From Rhizaria sp. SCN 62-66 (taxonomy: Eukaryota): a stretch of 44,911 nucleotides of DNA. The notes below the pieces were generated by a model, which worked only from the letters and a program-made list of their open reading frames with translations, had not been told where the DNA came from and made no database searches. Numbering within the stretch: position 1 is the stretch's first letter; each line of letters opens with the position of its first letter. The translations under genes were made by a program, and so were the position numbers. Shown piece by piece: positions 43,839-44,911 of the stretch. The stretch spans positions 62,001 to 106,911 of the forward strand of contig MEDY01000050.1 in the NCBI GenBank assembly GCA_001724265.1, read 5' to 3'.

Positions 43839-44288
43839 AGGCGAAACAGCATGCGCGATGAGAGGCTTTCACACACGGCGGACTTGCCTGTTGTTGGAGA
43901 AACCCAGTCGTTATTGTTGAACTGACATGTACTGGCGGTATGAGGGTCAGTTAATGATTTATGAGTTTATTTTTGCTTTTGTAGAATTTTTTGGTTTATA
44001 TATGTAGTTTATGCTATTTTTAGTGCATCTCATACAAATATTTTATCTGCGAAACATTCGACAGGAACGAGCCGGTTGCGAGAAGATTGATGAAACTGCT
44101 GGATTTATTTAAATGGATGCATTAATGTACATGTACGTATTATTAAAACATAGAGGGTCAGTAATAAGTTTAGTCTAAGTACTAGGTCTATATACAAGGG
44201 TAGTATATTGCGTGATGGAACTTGCTATGCTTGATAGTATAAAGCAAAGCCATAACGCCAATATTATTTACAACACTATTTCGAGAGT

Positions 44289-44911
44289 TTACAGCGATAG
44301 CTGCGCCTTGGACTGCGTCGCAACCCTCGCAGCCGCGGCGGCACTGTTGTCATACGCCAAGGTCTCATTGTGCGCGTTACCAGTTGCGTTGCCGTGGCTG
44401 CTAGCGATGTTCGCGTGCGCGTGCGAGTGCACGTAGTTCGGCGTCATGGTTGCAGCACCGCCGCGGTTAGTTTTGTGACCGTTGCTGCCCGTGGCAAACG
44501 CGGTCGCAGCGGTCACGCTCGACGCGCGCGCAGTGCGGCGGCGTGGCGCCAGCCCAGTCTGCTGCTGCTGCGTAGCGGTATTCGCACTGTGAGCGCTGTC
44601 AGCGTGCCCGTGACCGTGGGCAGGGTCAGCCGCAGCCGTATCCACACCGCCTGCCGCGTCCTCAGCGCTGTAGTAATAGGCAGTGTTTGCAGCCGGAACG
44701 CGGCCGCTGTTGTTGCCCGCCTTGCGCGCAGAGCCCACGTCCTGCTGCTGCTGCGGCTGCTGCTGCACAGTGAACAGCGGCGTGGCATTGCCCACAGTCA
44801 CCGTCGCCGCAGCTACCGGGTCCGTCGCCGCCGCCAGCGCCGCGGCCACGCACGTGCCCGCCGACGACAGCGGCGCCGCGCCTGCAGCCCCCGCCGCGAC
44901 CGCCGCGGCGG
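44289..44911 (-). CDS. 3' end of a low-complexity Ala/Thr/Gln-rich protein (partial, runs off the window)
   Basis: Frame is open from the window edge to TAA at 44291-44289; GC-rich with the same compositional style as neighbouring genes. Confidence 0.7.
   Translation of the reverse strand, partial: AAAVAAGAAGAAPLSSAGTCVAAALAAATDPVAAATVTVGNATPLFTVQQQPQQQQDVGSARKAGNNSGRVPAANTAYYYSAEDAAGGVDTAAADPAHGHGHADSAHSANTATQQQQTGLAPRRRTARASSVTAATAFATGSNGHKTNRGGAATMTPNYVHSHAHANIASSHGNATGNAHNETLAYDNSAAAAARVATQSKAQLSL

Noticed and set aside
8975..44291. No TAG among the ten stop codons (6 TAA, 4 TGA), possible codon reassignment
   Set aside because: The long exons contain no in-frame TAG either, so there is no evidence of sense use; the sample is too small.
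1..44911. Prokaryote-style operon, defence system, CRISPR array, rRNA/tRNA or transposon; functional gene cluster
   Set aside because: Spliceosomal introns and eukaryote-specific genes throughout; no repeat-spacer array, RNA-gene signature or transposase/RT motif seen; neighbouring genes have unrelated functions.

Overview
Gene-dense eukaryotic (protist-like) genomic DNA with GC-rich exons, AT-rich introns and spacers, and a standard genetic code. It is not a prokaryotic or viral locus, and I see no rRNA, tRNA, CRISPR or transposase. Nine complete genes and one partial gene are supported: (1) a ~2,790-aa Gly-rich/Cys-repeat multi-pass membrane protein of an uncharacterised plant/protist family; (2) GTP-dependent PEP carboxykinase; (3) condensin II subunit CAP-D3; (4) a low-complexity orphan; (5) calcineurin B; (6) Rtf2; (7) a ~2,940-aa VARP/ANKRD27-like VPS9 GEF whose domains are broken up by low-complexity inserts; (8) a Nup42/NUPL2-like CCCH/FG nucleoporin; (9) a signal-peptide + KDEL helical protein; (10) the 3' end of a low-complexity gene. 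I inferred eleven GT-AG introns by eye. The most notable patterns are: all 11 donors read GTNCG (9 are GTACG); three introns are 3n and stop-free; five genes have a splice-acceptor-like CAG 0-9 nt before the ATG (5' introns, micro-exons or possible SL trans-splicing); conserved folds carry large low-complexity insertions; an AHGH motif recurs across unrelated proteins; and TGTA-core 12-mers are shared between 3' regions. Family assignments come from remembered motifs, not database searches.
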